Assembly (NCBI GenBank): GCA_041492755.1 | Contig: JBGPXN010000085.1 | Coordinates: 1 to 18,631, forward strand | Length of the DNA: 18,631 nucleotides | DNA from: Candidatus Methylomirabilia bacterium | Lineage (GTDB): Bacteria > Methylomirabilota > Methylomirabilia > Rokubacteriales > CSP1-6 | Reading direction: 5' to 3' | In this document: positions 17,048 through 18,631 of the stretch, piece after piece | Numbering within the stretch: the first letter of the stretch is position 1 | Layout of the letters: each line of letters opens with the position of its first letter | The notes under the pieces: generated by a model | Seen by the model: only the letters and a program-made list of their open reading frames with translations | Told to the model about the DNA's origin: nothing | Databases searched by the model: none | Position numbers and translations under genes: made by a program

Positions 17048-17406
17048 ATGAAGATTCTGATCAAGAGTGCGTGGGGGTCGGCCGATCCTACCCAGGCGGC
17101 GTTCGCGTTCCACCACGGCAACGCGTTCGCCGAGGCCGGACACCAAGTCCAGATCTTCCTGCTCGGCGAAGCCGTCTCGTTGATGCGGGAGGCCGTCGCC
17201 CGTTCCGTGGTCCGGTCGGCTGGCCGCCGCTATCGGAGGCGCTGACGAAGCTGGTCGGGCATGGCGTTCCGATTCACGTGTGAGGGGCGTGCTCGAGGGC
17301 CCGGGGGGTCCTCGACGGCGATCTTGCCGGCAAGAACGCCGCGTTTTCGGATCCAACGATATTCGTCGGGCTCGTCGAATGGGCCGACAAGGTGCTCACG
17401 GAGTAG
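17048..17406 (+). CDS. Candidate selenoprotein: DsrE/DsrF-like protein (119 aa reconstructed, U79-x-x-C) with a 1-nt frameshift near 17212
   Basis: Strong SD GGAGGAGG. MKILIKSAWGSADPTQAAFAFHHGNAFAEAGHQVQIFLLGEAVSLMREAVARSVV, then -1 frame PVGWPPLSEALTKLVGHGVPIHV-U(17281-17283)-GACSRARGVLDGDLAGKNAAFSDPTIFVGLVEWADKVLTE*. Confidence 0.82.
17293..17315 (+). promoter_or_regulatory. Candidate bacterial SECIS of the DsrE-like gene
   Basis: UCGAGGGCC(C)-G-rich loop-(G)GGUCCUCGA: 9-10 bp stem with one G-U pair, beginning 9 nt after the UGA. Confidence 0.65.
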
Positions 17407-17443
17407 ACGGGGTGACGTCGTCGGTCCGCCCGGCGTGCCGGAG

Positions 17444-17932
17444 TCACAGACCGAGAGCGGACGGCAGCCTCGACAGGTCCGGTAGCTCCTCGTAGGGCCC
17501 GAAGCGCTGATCGCCCGGTTCGGCGCGGCGGTTGATCCAGATGCGCCGGACGCCGAGCGCGTGAGCCGGCTCGATGTCGTGATGGAAACCCGCGGCGACG
17601 TGCACGATCTCGTCCGCCCGAACCCCGGCGCGCTGCCAGGCGTGTCGAAAGATCGCGGGCGCCGGCTTGTACGCCTTCGCCTCCTCGGCGGTGACGACCA
17701 CGTCCGGGGTGACGGCCAGGTGCGCGAGGTTCCGCGCAATCATGTCGTCGTCGGTGTTCGAGATGAACACGAGGCGCGCATGACGCTGGAGCGCGGCGAG
17801 GGTGGCCGGCACCTCCGGGAAGGGACGGGCTTCCGCGATCGCCGTCACCAGCCGCTCCCCGTGTTCGGGACGATACGCAAGCCCGTGCTGCTCCAGCGCC
17901 TGGGCCAGACCCGGGCGGAGGATGCTATATAC
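17444..17932 (-). pseudogene. 5'-truncated haloacid dehalogenase type II / HAD hydrolase
   Basis: Has PFPEV...L, ISNTDD (motif II), AYKP (III) and HVAAGFHHDIEPA (IV) but lacks N-terminal motif I (FDxYGTL). The only ATG (17968) overlaps the divergent VOC start. Confidence 0.7.
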
Positions 17933-17966
17933 TCCGAAAAGCTCGGCCGTCAGGGGGGATTGAGAC

Positions 17967-18482
17967 ATGGCCTACAAGCCCGCCGCTCTCGATCACGTCA
18001 ACATCTTCGTCCGCAACGCCGAACGCTCACACCGCTGGTACACCGACGTCCTGGGACTGCACACTCAGGACACCATGAATTTCCCGGGGACCCAGAAGCT
18101 CCGAGCCGCCTTCCTGGCGTGCGACCCGGACCACGCGCACGACATCGCCCTCTTCGAGGTCGGCGAAGACGCGCCCGGACCCGAGAAGGGACAGGTGGGC
18201 CTCAACCACGTCGCCTGGCGGATGGCGAGCCTCGAGGATCTCGCGGAGGTCTATCAGCGGCTGAAGGCCAAGGGGGTCCCCATCGAGGCCCGAGATCACA
18301 CCGTCTCCATCGGCGTCTATTTCTCCGATCCGGACGGCAACGGCCTCGAGGTCTACTACGAGCTGCCGCGGCGCGAGTGGCACCGGGACCGGCCGTTTTC
18401 CGGAGAAGGCGGCAAGGGCCGCTTCCCCGGACCGTGGGACGAATCCCTCCGCCCGCAATCACCGGCCGTCGCTCGAGCGTAA
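17967..18482 (+). CDS. VOC/glyoxalase family protein (catechol dioxygenase-like)
   Basis: LDHVNIFVRN.ERS..WY.DVLGL, HAHDIAL, GLNHVAW, DHTVSIGVYFSDPDGNGLEVY; candidate -10 TATACT at 17928-17933. Confidence 0.9.
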   Translation: MAYKPAALDHVNIFVRNAERSHRWYTDVLGLHTQDTMNFPGTQKLRAAFLACDPDHAHDIALFEVGEDAPGPEKGQVGLNHVAWRMASLEDLAEVYQRLKAKGVPIEARDHTVSIGVYFSDPDGNGLEVYYELPRREWHRDRPFSGEGGKGRFPGPWDESLRPQSPAVARA

Positions 18483-18493
18483 GGGAGCGATCT

Positions 18494-18631
18494 AGAGGCG
18501 CACCCCGGCTGCCCCGGTAGAGGCGCGCCCCGGGTCCACCGCGGCGCGCCGTGCGTTGGGGTTGTCGAGGCGCGCCCCGGGTTCCCCGGGGCGCGTCCGA
18601 GCGTTGGGGGGGGTATGGGGGGCCATGTCGG
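18494..18631 (-). repeat. Dispersed two-hairpin repeat, locus 3 (inverted, with progressively truncated tandem sub-copies; runs off the edge)
   Basis: Reverse complement reads CCGACATGGCCCCCCATACCCCCCCCAACGCTCGGACGCGCCCCGGGGAACCCGGGGCGCGCCTCGA. On the + strand GAGGCGCRCCCCGG recurs at about 18495, 18520 and 18567. Confidence 0.85.

Noticed and set aside
17021..17050. The DUF3750-like stop TGA is followed in frame by TCG CCG TGT (would read U-S-P-C) and is in frame with the DsrE ATG, suggesting a third Sec and a fusion
   Set aside because: The protein already ends at its family-like C-terminus (PALKLP..GRVG), the 24-nt gap holds a strong SD for DsrE, and no convincing SECIS stem follows. Probably chance; conservation in orthologs would reopen it.
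266..18520. Many long antisense or alternate-frame ORFs (e.g. 266-1201, 1428-2357, 3859-5169, 7903-9210, 8888-10180, 9790-11001, 14305-15387, 17561-18520)
   Set aside because: Shadow ORFs expected at this GC content; they are Arg/Gly/Pro-rich or antisense mirrors of clearly recognisable genes.
1..18631. tRNA-Sec, selA/selB/selD, other RNA genes, transposases or integrases
   Set aside because: None recognisable in this window; the Sec calls depend on machinery encoded elsewhere.

Overview
High-GC bacterial window; gene style and repeats suggest Candidatus Rokubacteria/Methylomirabilota (inference only). Left part: a partial FecR-domain gene, an AlkZ/YcaQ-like gene, and a small lipoprotein plus pal behind a sigma-54-like promoter. 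Next come a hexose-6-P mutarotase, pgi, mlaC, and a polyphosphate cluster (sixA, polyP glucokinase, ppx, ppk1) followed by a leaderless Lys/Ala-rich small protein. Right part: a minus-strand redox run (NIPSNAP, PPOX-like, CBS, FprA-like reductase, PhhB), an EEP phosphatase, a DUF3750-like lipoprotein with a probable CTG start, a 5'-truncated HAD and a VOC gene. The main signal missed by the ORF track is two candidate selenoprotein genes about 2.3 kb apart. One is a TlpA/redoxin-fold protein (ASW-U-GC) and the other a DsrE-family protein (V-U-GAC) that also has a 1-nt frameshift. Each has an in-frame UGA at the catalytic Cys position followed by a SECIS-like hairpin. A dispersed two-hairpin intergenic repeat family occurs at three loci.
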